In this document: in pieces, positions 1 through 16,300 of the stretch
Layout: every line of letters starts with the position of its first letter
How positions within the stretch are numbered: position 1 is the first letter of the stretch
Origin: Octopus sinensis
Taxonomy: Eukaryota
Length of the DNA: 64,000 nt
Reading direction: 5' to 3'
Assembly: GCF_006345805.1 (NCBI RefSeq)
Contig: NC_043010.1
Location: 24,800,001 to 24,864,000 of the forward strand
The notes under the pieces: generated by a model
Database searches by the model: none
Told to the model about the DNA's origin: nothing
Seen by the model: only the letters and a program-made list of their open reading frames with translations
Program-made: the position numbers and the translations under genes

Positions 1-870
1 AGATTGCTTAGACGTTGGGTAGGGCATGCTGGACCAGTTGTAATAGGTCTAAGTTTTAAGTCTTTTGGATGCAATAATTTTATGTACTCATTTTTTAGTT
101 CTTTTACTGCATGCTGAATATCTTTTGATTTATGTATTTTCGGTAAGCTATAGAATTTGCTGGGTTTTGGCTCGAAATTAGTGAGGTAGTCTCTTTCATT
201 ATCGGTAAGTGAGTTGTGGTGTTTTGAAACCAGGTTGTTGATCTTCTTCATGACGTGGTGGTCTATATTAGAAGGTATTTCACAATATAAGGTTGTGTCC
301 CTCAGTTGGCCCTCAGCCAAATCCTTGTAGCATTCTACATCCATAATAACAATTGCATCCTCTTTATCTGTTTGTTTAATTATTATTGTTTGATCGTTTT
401 GTATATGTTTAAGTGCAGACATTTCGGATTTGTTAATATTTGGCCTAACATTAGTATTGTCTCTAAGGAGAAATTTAGACAAGATATCAATGTATTGGTC
501 AAGATAGTTATTTCTTCCTTTTAGTGGGGCAAAATTTGATTTATTCTTTACTAGGGATTCATCAATCTGATTAGTTTTATTTGTGAATAATTTTACAAGT
601 CGTAACTTACAACAGAATTTTTGAATATCCTCCTTTAGTTCTTGGTGGTTGACTGTTGATGTAAATTTCAGTTCTTTTGACATAAGTTGGATTTCATCAT
701 TGTCAAGATCTCTTTTGGATAAATTAACTATTTTAGGATCTATATGTTGAGTAGTTTGGGGTATGTTACCTCTTGGATTTTATCTTTCTCCATGTCTGTT
801 TTCGTTCGGTTTCCTTGTATGTCTCCACTATCATGTTTTTGCTACCAACTTTGACCCTCTCAAATCCTAA
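1..870 (-). mobile_element. Penelope-like retroelement ORF fragment (N-terminal part of RT), running off the left edge; in an intron upstream of gene 1's last exon
   Basis: Minus-strand translation gives IIKQTDKEDAIVIMD..Y....QLRD, then FYSLPKIHKS and LKLRPITTGPACPTQRLSN, which are motifs typical of PLE reverse transcriptases. The 5' boundary is approximate. Confidence 0.8.
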
Positions 871-1079
871 TTTTTATTTTGGTTTGCGGGAGCAACTGCA
901 TTCGAAGACTCATATTGTCGTTCAGTGCTCGAAATGAGGAGCAGATGGACAGCCGACACCTGATTAAGGGTCGTTATATTACTTGTCCTGTTTTCCATTT
1001 GTTTCTCTCGTTGCTTATATATTCAACTCTTTTGTTTTCGCATTTCATGTTGTTTATGGTTTGTGACGTCCTGTACCCA

Positions 1080-1111
1080 CATATACATATATATATATAT
1101 ATGTGTGTATG

Positions 1112-1179
<68 letters not shown>

Positions 1180-1290
1180 ATATATATACATACATACAAC
1201 AAGCAGTCGCATATATATGTATGTACATATATATTTGCATACATACATACCTACGTATATACATATATGTATGTATGTATTATGTGTATT
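1080..1290. repeat. (TA)n/(TATG)n microsatellite
   Basis: Direct reading. Confidence 0.95.
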
Positions 1291-1335
1291 AGCACTAACG
1301 TTGTGTTTCTTTCTCATACGCTTCATCCAATGTAG

Positions 1336-4300
1336 CAAATGGAGAAAAGGTTGGCTGTTCAAAAGTCCCTGCAATCAAGATTTCAGATAGACCGGACAAA
1401 ACTAATCTAATCAACGTAACGGTGACGGTGCCAAGAAGGGATTCTGCAGCCATGGAATGCTATGCCAATGAAGCCTTTGTAAACATTAGTGGTGTTGGCG
1501 ACTTCTGTGATAGTCACTGTCGACTTGGAAAATGTCCTCGTAAATGGTGTGTATGTAACAGAACAGAAGACAAGGGACAAGATTTCAAATGTGTGGTCAA
1601 TAAGTATTATGAGAATATCGATGATCTCTTGACCTGGTGCTATGCACTTTGCGCTACAACACAGTATTGTCCGACACAGTATTGCATTTGCAGTGGCACA
1701 CCACGTGAAATAGCAAATACAGATTTCATGGGACCTGAAGAATTAAAAGAAATTACTTGCAGATTGACTAAGGGTTACGAAGGGATTCCAGGATTGTTAA
1801 AATGGTGCTATCGTTTGTGCAAAGGGCGATATTGTCCACGGACACATTGTATATGCAGTGTCGTTTCAGATACAACACCGGTACCAAAGCCCATACTAAG
1901 ATGTTCAGTGACGAATCGTTACAAACGGCTCCCAGGTGTTTTGAGTTGGTGCTATGTAATATGTGAAAGAGGATACTGCCCAAAATCTTTTTGCATTTGC
2001 ACAAAATCTATCACCCCTCCTCCGACCACACCCAAAATGGAATTGAGTTGTAAAGTGAATAGAAAATTTGGTGCAATACGAGGAATGATGTACTGGTGTT
2101 TAAACAATTGTCCATTGGGTAACTGTCCGAAATCACACTGCGAATGCGCAATGGTCAGAGTCACATCACCAACAACAACTCCAACAACCACACAAACAAC
2201 AAGATTAAGGAGGAGACGAACGATAATAATAAGGAGAAGAATAACGCGCATAATAAGAATAACATTCATAAGAACCCAGCCAGCAAGAGTAGGGACAACA
2301 ATACAACCAAGAACAACGCGAATTATTCGAAGAACAAGGATAATCACACGAATAATAACAATCATTATCAGAAGAACAATACTGCTAAAACGAACAACAC
2401 CTGCATTTACAAGAAATACGACAAAAACAGCAAATGCAACAGCAAGAAGCACGTTGAACAACAGGACAACGACAACGGCAAACACAACAGTGTCGCTAAC
2501 TGTAACAACACAGAATATAACAGCAACAACAGGAGTAACAATACAAAATCAAACTACTACAACACAAACAGCAAACAGAACCATAAAAATAACAACAAAA
2601 CCAACAACCATACCAACAACTAAACCCTCGACAGTACCAACAACCACACCAACAACCACACCAACAACAACACCAACAACACCAACAACAACACCAAAAA
2701 ACACACCAAAAGGACCAACAACCACACCCACTACAACATCAACAAGAACACCTAAAACAACACCAACAACCACACACAGAACAACGCCAACAACAACACC
2801 GACAACAACACAAACAACAACACCAACAACCACACCTACAACCACACCAACAACCACACAAACAACCACACCTACAAACACACCAACAACAACACATACA
2901 ACCACGCCTACAACAACAACAACAACAACACCTACAATCACACTTACAACAACAGCAACACCAAAAACAACACCAACAACCACACAAACAACAACGGCTA
3001 CAACAAAAGCATCAACAACACCTACAACAACACTAACAACAACACCAACAACTACACCAACAACAACACCTAAAACCACACCAACAACGGCACCAACAAC
3101 AACACCTACAACGACACCAACAACAAAACCTACAACCACTCCAACCACCACACCATCAACCGCACCTACAACGACACCAACATCAGCAACCACAACCACA
3201 CCAACAACACCTACAACAACACAAACAACCACACCAACAACAACACCAACAACAATACCAACAACCACCCCAACAAAAACACCAACAACCACACCATCAA
3301 TCACACCAACAACAACACCTACAACTACACCAAGAACAACACCGACAACAAAACCAACAACAACACCAACAACAACACCTAAAACTACACCAACAACAAC
3401 ACCAACAACAACATCAAAAACGACAACAACAACAACACCAACAACAACGCCAACAACAACACCAACAACAACACCTACAACTACACCAAAAACCACACCA
3501 ACAACAACACCTACAACTACACCAACAACAACACCAACAACAACTCCAACAACAACATCAAAAACGACAACAACAACAACACCAACAACAACACCTACAA
3601 CTACACCAAAAACCACACTAACAACAACACCTACAACTGCGCCAACAACAACACCAACAACAACACCAACAACAACACCAACGACAACACCTACAACCAC
3701 TCAATCAACAACACCAACACCATCACCAACGACAGCACCTACAACCTCACCAACAACCACACACTCAACAACACCAACGACGACACCAACAACCACACTC
3801 TCAACAACACCAACGACGACACCAACAACAACACCAACAACAACAACTGCAAAAACACAGACAGAAACACCTACAACCACCCCTGCAATCTCACCAACCT
3901 CCGCACTTATAACCACACCAACAACCACACCTACAACCTCACCAACAACTAAACCTACAACCACAACAACAACACCAACAACAACACCAACAACAACACC
4001 AACAACAACACCTACAACAAAACCTACAACCACACCAAAAACGACACCTACAACCACAACAACAACACCAACAACAACACCAACAGCAACACCAACAACA
4101 TCACTTACAACAACAGCTACAACCTCACCAACAACCACACCTACAACCTCAGCCACAACTACACCTACAACCACACAAACAACAACACCAACAACAACAC
4201 CTGCAACCACACCAACAACAACACCTACAACCAGACCTACATCCACACCAACAACACCTACAACCACACCAACAACCACACCTACAACTACACCTACAAC

Positions 4301-7300
4301 CACACCTACAACCACCCCAACAATCACACATACAACCACGCCAACATCCACACCAACAACCACACCAACAACAACACCTACAACTACAGCAACAACTTCA
4401 ACAACAACCACATCAACAACCACACCAACAACAACACCAACAGCAACACCTACAACCACACTTACAACCCCACCAACAACCAATATTCCAAGCACACCAA
4501 CAACAACACCTGCAACCACACCAAGAACAACATCTACAACAACACCAACAGCAACACCTACAACCACACCTGCAACCACACCAACAACCACACCAACAAC
4601 AACGCCAACAACTACACCAACAACAACACCAACTATCACACCTACATCCACACCTACAATCACACCAACAACGACACCTACAACCACACCAACAACAACA
4701 CCAAAAACAACACCGACAACTACACCAACAACAACACCTACAACCACACCAACAACCACATCAACAACAATACCAACAACCACACCAACAACAACACCCA
4801 AAACCACACCTACAACCACACCAACAACCACACCTACAACAAAACCAACAGCAACACCTACAACCACTCCTACAACCTCACCAACAACCACACCTACAAC
4901 CTCCCTAACAACCACACCAACAACAACACCTACAACCACTCCAACAACAACACCAACTACCACACCAACAACCACACCTACAACAACAACAACAACAACA
5001 CCCACAACAACACCAACAACCACACCAACAAAAACACCTACAACCACTCCAACCACCACACCAACTACTACACCAACAACAACACCCACAACCACACCTA
5101 CAATCACACCAACAACCACACCTACAACCTCCCTAACAACCACACCAACAACAACACCTACAACCACTCCAACCACCACAAAAACTACTACACCAACAAC
5201 CACACCTACATCCACACCAACAACAACACCTACAACCACACCTACAACCTCACCAACAACCACACCAACAACAACACCTACAACCACTCCAACCACCATA
5301 CCAACTACTACACCAACAACCACACCAACATCCACACCAACAACAACACCTACAACCAAACCTACAACCTCCCTAACAACCACACCAACAACAACACCTA
5401 CAACCACTCCAACAACCACACCAACTACTACACCAACACCCACACCTACATCCACACCAACAACACCTACAACCACACCAAGAACAACACCTACAACCAC
5501 ACCAACATCCACACCAACAACAACACCTACAACCACACCTACAACACACCCAACAACCACACCTACAACAACACAAACATCCACACCAACAACAACACTT
5601 ACAACCACACCTACGAACTCTCCAACCACCACACCAACAACATCTAAAACCACACCAACTACTACACCAACAACCACACCTACATCCACACCAACAACAC
5701 ACCTACAACCTCAGCCACAACTACACCTACAACCACACAACAACAACAACAACAACACCTACAACCACACCAACAACCACACCAACTACTACACCAACAA
5801 CCACACCAACATCCACACCAACAACAACACTACAACCACTCCAACAACAACACCAACAACCACACCAACAACAACAACACCTACAACCACTCCAACAACC
5901 ACACCAACAACACACCAACTACTACACCAACACCCACACCTACATCCACACCAACAACACCTACAACCACACCAAGAACAACACCTACAACCACACCAAC
6001 ATCCACACCAACAACAACACGTACAACCACACCTACAACCACACCAACAACCACACCTACAACAACACAAACATCCACACCAACAACAACACTTACAACC
6101 ACACCTACGAACTCTCCAACCACCACACCAACAACATCTAAAACCACACCAACTACTACACCAACAACCACACCTACATCCACACTAACAACACCTACAA
6201 CGACACAAACAACTACACCTACCACAACACTTACGACCACACCTACAACCACACCAACAACCACACCTACAAGCACACCAACAACAGCACCAGCATCAAC
6301 ACCTACAACCACGCCAACAACCACTCCAACATCCACACCCACAACAACACCTACAACAACACCTTCGACCACACCAACAACAAAACCAACAACCTCACCA
6401 ACAACGACACCTACAACAACAACTACAACCTCACCAACAAGCACACTTACAATCTCAGCCACAACCACACCTACAACCACACCAACAACCACGCCCACAA
6501 CCACACCAACAACAACACCTGCAACCACAACAACAACAACACCTACAACCAGACCTACAACCACCCCAACAACCACCACCTACAACCACACCAACATCCA
6601 CACCAACAACCACACCAACAACAACACCTACAACTACAGCAACAACCACACCAACAACCACATCAACAACAACACCAACAACAACACCAACAACAACACC
6701 TACAACCACACTTACAACCCCACCAACAACCACATCTTCAACCTCACCAACAAACACACCACCAACCACACCTACAACCACACCAACAACAACACCAACA
6801 ACAACACCATCAACAACACCAACTATCACACCTACAACCACACCCACACCACACCAACAACAACAACACCAACAACAACACCAACAACAACACCTACAAC
6901 CACCCTACAACCTCCCTCACAAACACACAAACAACGACACCTACAGCCACTCCAACCACCACACCAACTACTACACCAACAACCACACCAACCACTACAC
7001 CAACAACCACACCTACATCAACACAAACAACCACCACTTCAACTACACCTACAACCACACCTACAACCACACCAACAACCACACCTACAACCAGACCAAC
7101 ATCCACACCAACAACAAGACCTACAACAACACCCACAACCACACCTACAACCACACCAACAACCACACCTACAACAAAACCAACAGCAACACCTACAACC
7201 ACTCCTACAACCTCACCAACAACCACACCTACAACCTCCCTAACAACCACACCAACAACAACACCTACAACCACTCCAACAACAACACCAACTACCACAC

Positions 7301-10300
7301 CAACAACCACACCTACAACAACAACAACAACAACACCCACTACCACACCTACAATCACACCAACAACAGCACCTACAACCACTCCAACAACACCTGCAAC
7401 CACACCAACAACAACACCTACAACCAGACGTCCAACCTCACCTACAACCACACACCAACAACCACCACCTACAACCACACCTACAACAACACCAACACCA
7501 CACCAACAAAAACACCTACAACCACTCCAACCACCACACACCAACTACTACACCAACAACAACACCCACAACCACACCTACAATCACACCAACAACCACA
7601 CCTACAACCTCCCTAACAACCACACCAACAACAACACCTACAACCACTCCAACCACCACAAAAACTACTACACCAACAACCACACCTACATCCACACCAA
7701 CAACAACACCTACAACCACACCTACAACCTCACCAACAACCACACCAACAACAACACCTACAACCACTCCAACCACCACACCAACTACTACACCAACAAC
7801 CACACCAACATCCACACCAACAACAACACCTACAACCAAACCTACAACCTCCCTAACAACCACACCAACAACAACACCTACAACCACTCCAACAACACCT
7901 GCAACCACACCAACAACAACACCTACAACCAGACGTCCAACCTCACCTACAACCACACCTACAACAACACCAACAACCACACCTACAACAACACCAACAA
8001 CCACACCAACAAAAACACCTACAACCACTCCAACCACCACACCAACTACTACACCAACAACAACACCCACAACCACACCTACAATCACACCAACAACCAC
8101 ACCTACAACCTCCCTAACAACCACACCAACAACAACACCTACAACCACTCCAACCACCACAAAAACTACTACACCAACAACCACACCTACATCCACACCA
8201 ACAACAACACCTACAACCACACCTACAACCTCACCAACAACCACACCAACAACAACACCTACAACCACTCCAACCACCACACCAACTACTACACCAACAA
8301 CCACACCAACATCCACACCAACAACAACACCTACAACCAAACCTACAACCTCCCTAACAACCACACCAACAACAACACCTACAACCACTCCAACAACCAC
8401 ACCAACTACTACACCAACACCCACACCTACATCCACACCAACAACACCTACAACCACACCAAGAACAACACCTACAACCACACCAACATCCACACCAACA
8501 ACAACACGTACAACCACACCTACAACCACACCAACAACCACACCTACAACAACACCAACATCCACACCAACAACAACACTTACAACCACACCTACGAACT
8601 CTCCAACCACCACACCAACAACCACACCAACAACATCTACAACCACACCAACTACTACACCAACAACCACACCTACATCCACACTAACAACACCTACAAC
8701 GACACAAACAACTACACCTACCACAACACTTACGACCACACCTACAACCACACCAACAACCACACCTACAAGCACACCAACAACAGCACCAACATCAACA
8801 CCTACAACCACGCCAACAACCACTCCAACATCCACACCCACAACAACACCTACAACAACACCTTCGACCACACCAACAACAAAACCAACAACCTCACCAA
8901 CAACGACACCTACAACAACAACTACAACCTCACCAACAAGCACACTTACAATCTCAGCCACAACCACACCTACAACCACACCAACAACCACGCCCACAAC
9001 CACACCAACAACAACACCTGCAACCACAACAACAACAACACCTACAACCAGACCTACAACCACCCCAACAACCACACCTACAACCACACCAACATCCACA
9101 CCAACAACCACACCAACAACAACACCTACAACTACAGCAACAACCACACCAACAACCACATCAACAACAACACCAACAACAACACCAACAACAACACCTA
9201 CAACCACACTTACAACCCCACCAACAACCACATCTTCAACCTCACCAACAAACACACCACCAACCACACCTACAACCACACCAACAACAACACCAACAAC
9301 TACACCATCAACAACACCAACTATCACACCTACAACCACACCCACAACCACACCAACAACAACACCAACAACAACACCAACAACAACACCTACAACCACA
9401 CCTACAACCTCCCTAACAAACACACAAACAACGACACCTACAGCCACTCCAACCACCACACCAACTACTACACCAACAACCACACCAACCACTACACCAA
9501 CAACCACACCTACATCAACACAAACAACCACCACTTCAACTACACCTACAACCACACCTACAACCACACCAACAACCACACCTACAACCAGACCAACATC
9601 CACACCAACAACAAGACCTACAACAACACCTACAACCTCACCAACAACAACATCTACAACCTCTCCAACCACCACACCAACAACCACGCCAACAACAACA
9701 ATTACAACCACACCTACAACAACACCAACAACCACACCCACAACCTCTCCAACCACCACACCAACAACACCACCAACAACAACACCTACAACCACGCCAA
9801 CAACCACTCCAACATCCACGCCCACAACAACACCTACAACAACACCTTCGACCACACCAACAACAAAACCAACAACTTCACCAACAACGACACCAACAAC
9901 AACACCAACAACTACACCTACAACCACACCTACAACCTCACCAACAACCACACCTACAACCTCTCCAACCACCACACCAACAACAACAGCAACAACAACA
10001 CCTACAACCACTCCAACAACCACTCCAACATCCACACCCACAACAACACCAACAACAACACCTTCGACCACACCAACAACAAAACCAACAACCTCACCAA
10101 CAACGACACCAACAACAACACCAACAACTACACCAACAACCACACCAACGACAACACCAACAGCAATACCTACAACCACTCCAACCACCACACCAACAAC
10201 AACACCTACAGCAACACCTGCAACCTCACCAACAACTACACCTACAACCTCTCCAACCACCACACCAACAACAACACCAACAACAACACCTACAACCACG

Positions 10301-13300
10301 CCAACAACTACTCAATCATCCACACCCACAACAACACCTACAACAGCACCTTTGACCACACCAACAACTAAACCAACAACCTCACCAACAACTACACCAA
10401 CAGCCACACCTACATCCACACCAACAACACCTACAACCTCTCCAACCACCACACCAACAACAACACCAACAACAATACCAACAACCACTCCAACTACCAC
10501 ACTAACAACAACACCTACATCCACGCCAACAACCACACCAACATCCTCACCAACAACAACACCAACAACTACACCAACAACCACACCAACGACAACACCA
10601 ACAACAATACCAACAACCACTCCAACCACCACACTAACAACACCTACAACCACGCCAGCAACCACACCAACATCCTCACCAACAACAACACCTACAACAA
10701 CACCTAGAACTTTACCAACAACCACACCTACAACCTCTCCAACCACCACACCAACAACTACACCAACAACCACACCAACAACCTCCCTAACAGCCACACC
10801 AACAACACCTACAACCACTCCAACCACCACACCAACTACTACACCAACAACCACACCTACATCCACACCAACAACACCTACAACCACACCAACAACCACA
10901 CCTTCAACTACACCTACAACCACACCTACATCCACACCAACAACCACACCTACAACCACACCAACATCCTCACCGACAACAACACCTACAACCACACCTA
11001 CAAACTCACCAACAACAACACCTACAACCTCTCCAACCACCACACCAACAACCACGCCAACAGCAACACCTACAACCACACCTACAACCTCACCAACAAC
11101 CACACCTACAACCTCTCCAACCACAACACCAACAACAACACCTACAACCACGCCAACAAACACTCCAACATCAACGCCCATAAAAACACCTACAACAACA
11201 CCTTCCACCACACCAACAACCACACCAACAACGACACCAACAACAACACCAACAACTACACCAACAACCACACCTACATCCACACCAACAACACCTGCAA
11301 CCTCTCCAACCACCACACCAACAACAACACCAACAACAACACCTACAACCACGCCAACAACTACTCAAACATCCACACCCACAACAACACCTACAACAAC
11401 ACCTTCGACCACACCAATAACAAAACCAACAACCTCACCAACAACGACACCAACAACAACACCAACAACTACACCAACAACCACACCAACGACAACACCA
11501 ACAACAATACCTACAACCACTCCAACCACCACACCAACAACAACACCTACAACCACGCCAACAACCACACCAACATACTCAACAACAACAACACCTACAA
11601 CCACACCTACAACTTCACCAACAACCACACCTGCAACCTCTCCAACCACCACACCAACAACTACACCAACAACCACACCACAAACCTCCCTAACAACCAC
11701 ACCAACAACAACACCTACAACCACTCCAACCACCACACCAACTACTACACCAACAACCACACCTACATCCACACCAACAACACCTACAACTACACCAACA
11801 ACCACACCTTCAACTACACCTACAACCACACCTACATCCACACCAACAACCACACCTACAACCACACCAACATCCACACCAACATCAACACCTACAACCA
11901 CACCTACAACCTCACCAACAACAACACCTACAACCTCTCCAACCACCACACCAACAACCACGCCAACAGCAACACCTACAACCACACCAACATCCACACC
12001 AACATCAACACCTACAACCACACCTACAAACTCACCAACAACCACACCTACAACCTCTCCAACCACAACACCAACAACACACCAACAACAACACCTACAA
12101 CCACGCCAACAAACACTCCAACATCCACGCCCATAACAACACCTACAACAACACCTTCCACCACACCAACAACCACACCAACAACGACACCAACAACAAC
12201 ACCAACAACTACACCAACAACCACACCTACATCCACACCAACAACACCTACAACCTCTCCAACCACCACACCCACAACAACACCTACAACAACACCTTCG
12301 ACCACACCAATAACAAAACCAACAACCTCACCAACAACGACACCAACAACAACACCAACAACAACACCTTCGACCACACCAACAACAAAACCAACAACCT
12401 CACCAACAACGACACCAACCACCACACCAACAACTATACCTACAACCACACCAACAACCTCCCTAACAACCACACCAACAACAACACCTACAACCACTCC
12501 AACCACCACACCAACTACTACACAAACAACCACAACTACATCCACACCAACAACACCTACAACCACACCAACAACAACACCTACAACTACACCTACAACC
12601 ACACCTACGACCACACCAACAACCACACCAACAACAACACCTACAACCACACCTACAACCTCACCAACAACCACACCTACAACCTCTCCAACCACCACAC
12701 AAACAACAGCACCAACAACAACACCTACAACCACGCCAACAACCACTCCAACATCCACATCCACAACAACACCAACAACCTCACCAACAACGACACCTTC
12801 GACCACACCAACAACAAAACCAACAACCTCACCAACACGACACCAACCACCACACCAACACAACACCTACAACAACACCAACAACACACCAACGACAACA
12901 CCAACGACAATACCTACAACCACTCCAACCACCACTCCAACAACAACACCTACAACCACGCCAACACCACACACCCCATCCTCACCAACAACAACACCTA
13001 CAGCCACACCTACAACCTCACCAACAACTAAACCTACACCTCTCCAACCACCACACCAACAACAACACCAAAACAACACCTACAACCACGCCAACAACTA
13101 TTCAAACAACCACACCCACAACAACACCTACAACACCTTCGACCACACCAACAACAAAACCAACAACCTCACCAACAACACACCAACAACCACACCAACA
13201 ACGACACCAACAACAACACCTACAACAACACCTTCCACCACACCAACAACAACAACACCTACAACCACGCCAACAACCACACCAACATCCTCACCAACAA

Positions 13301-16300
13301 CAACACCTACAACCACACCTACAACTTCACCAACAACCACACCTACAACCTCTCCAACCACCACACCAACAACTACACCAACAACCACACCAACAACCTC
13401 CCTAGCAACCACACCAACAACACCTACAACCTCTCCAACCACCACACCAACAACCACACCTACAACAACACCAACAACCACACCTACATCCACACCAACA
13501 AACACACCTACATCCACACCAACAACACCTACAACCACACCAACAACCACACCTTCAACTACACCTACAACCACACCTACAACCACACCAACATTCACAC
13601 CAACAACCACACCAGCATCCACACCAACAACAACACCTACAACCACACCTACAACCTCACCAACAACAACACCTACAACCTCTCCGACCACCACACCAAC
13701 AACCACGCCAACAGCAACACCTACAACCACACCTACAACATCACCAACAACCACACCTACAACAACACCAACAACCACACCTACAACATCACCAACAACC
13801 ACACCTACAACTTCTCCAACCACCACACCAACAACAGCACCAACAACAACACCTACAACCACGCCAACAGCCACTCCAACATCCACACCCACAACAACAC
13901 CTACAACAACACCTTCGACCACACCAACAACCTCACCAACAACGACACCAACAACAACACCAACAACTACACCAACAACAACAACACCAACAACTACACC
14001 AACAACAACAACACCTACAACCTCTCCAACCACCACACCAACAACAACACCAACAACAACCCCTTCGACCACACCAACCCCTTCGACCACACCAACAACA
14101 AAACCAACAACCTCACCAACAACGACACCAACAACAACACCAAAAACTACACCAACAACAACACCAACGACAACACCAACAACAATACCTACAACCACTC
14201 CAACCACCACACCAACATCCTCACCAACAACAACACCTACAGCCACACCTCCAACCTCACCAACAACTAAACCTACAACCTCTCCAACCACCACACCAAC
14301 AACAACACCAACAACAACACCTACAACCACGCCAACAACTCTTCAAACAACCACACCCACAACAACACCTACAACACCTTCGACCACACCAACAACAAAA
14401 CCAACAACCTCACCAACAACTACACCAACAACCACACCAACGACAACACCAACAACAATACCTACAACCACTCCAACCACCACACCAACAACAACACCTA
14501 CAACCACGCCAACAACCACACCAACAACCTCACCAACAACAACACCTACAACCACACCTACAACTTCACCAACAACCACTCCTACAACCTCTCCAACCAC
14601 GACACCAACAACTACACCAACAACCACACCAACAACCTCCCTAACAACCACGCCAACAACAACACCTACAACCACTCCAACCACCACACCAACTACTACA
14701 CCAACAACCACACCTACATCCACACCAACAAACACACCTACATCCACACCAACAACACCTACAACCACACCAACAACCACACCTTCAACTACACCTACAA
14801 CCACACCTACAACCACACCAACATTCACACCAACAACCACACCAGCATCCACACCAACAACAACACCTACAACCACCCCTACAACCTCACCAACAACAAC
14901 ACCAACAACCTCTCCGACCACCACACCAACAACCACGCCAACAGCAACACCTACAACCACACCTACAACATCACCAACAACCACACCTACAACAACACCA
15001 ACAACCACACCTACCACATCACCAACAACCACACCTACAACTTCTCCAACCACCACACCAACAACAACACCAACAACAACACCTACAACCACGCCAACAG
15101 CCACTCCAACATCCACACCCACAACAACACCTACAACAACACCTTCGACCACACCAACAACCTCACCAACAACGACACCAACAACAACACCAACAACTAC
15201 ACCAACAACCACACCTACATCCATACCAACAACACCTACAACCTCTCCAACCACCACACCAACAACAACACCAACAACAACCCCTTCGACCACACCAACC
15301 CCTTCGACCACACCAACAACAAAACCAAGAACCTCACCAACAACGACACCAACAACAACACCAAAAACTACACCAACAACAACACCAACGACAACACCAA
15401 CAACAATACCTACAACCACTCCAACCACCACACCAACAACAACACCTACAACCACGTCAACAACCACACCAACATCCTCACCAACAACAACACCTACAAC
15501 CACACCTACAACTTCACCAACAACCACACCTACAACCTCTCCAACCACCACACCAACAACTACACCAACAACCACACCAACAATCTCCCTAACAACCACA
15601 CCAACAACAACACCTACAACCACTCCAACCACCACACCAACTACTACACCAACAACCACACCTACATCCACACCAACAACCACACCTACATCCACACCAA
15701 CATCACCTACAACCACACCAACAACCACACCTTCAACTACACCTACAACCACACCTACAACCACACCAACAATCACACCAACAACCACACCAACATCCAC
15801 ACCAACAACAACACCTACAACCACACCTACAACCTCACCAACAACAACACCTACAACCTCTCCGACCACCACACCAACAACCACGCCAACAGCAACACCT
15901 ACAACCACACCTACAACATCACCAACAACCACACCTACAACATCACCAACAACCACACCTACAACCTCTCCAACCACCACACCAACAACAACACCAACAA
16001 CAACACCTACAACCACGCCAACAGCCACTCCAACATCCACACCCACAACAACACCTACAACAACACCTTCGACCACACCAACAACCTCACCAACAACGAC
16101 ACCAACAACAACACCAACAAATACACCAACAACCACACCTACATCCACACCAACAACACCTACAACCACTCCAACCACCACACCAACAACAACACCAACA
16201 ACAACACCTACAACCACGCCAACAACCACTCCAACATCCACACCAACAACAACACCTACAACAACCCCTTCGACCACACCAACCCCTTCGACCACACCAA

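Noticed and set aside
879-1390. YIYI/CVCV/SIYL/RERE ORFs here and throughout the window
   Set aside because: Translations of microsatellites
5690-6188. His/Gln/Asn-rich end of ORF 1422-6188
   Set aside because: Out-of-frame reading of the same PTT repeat after indels
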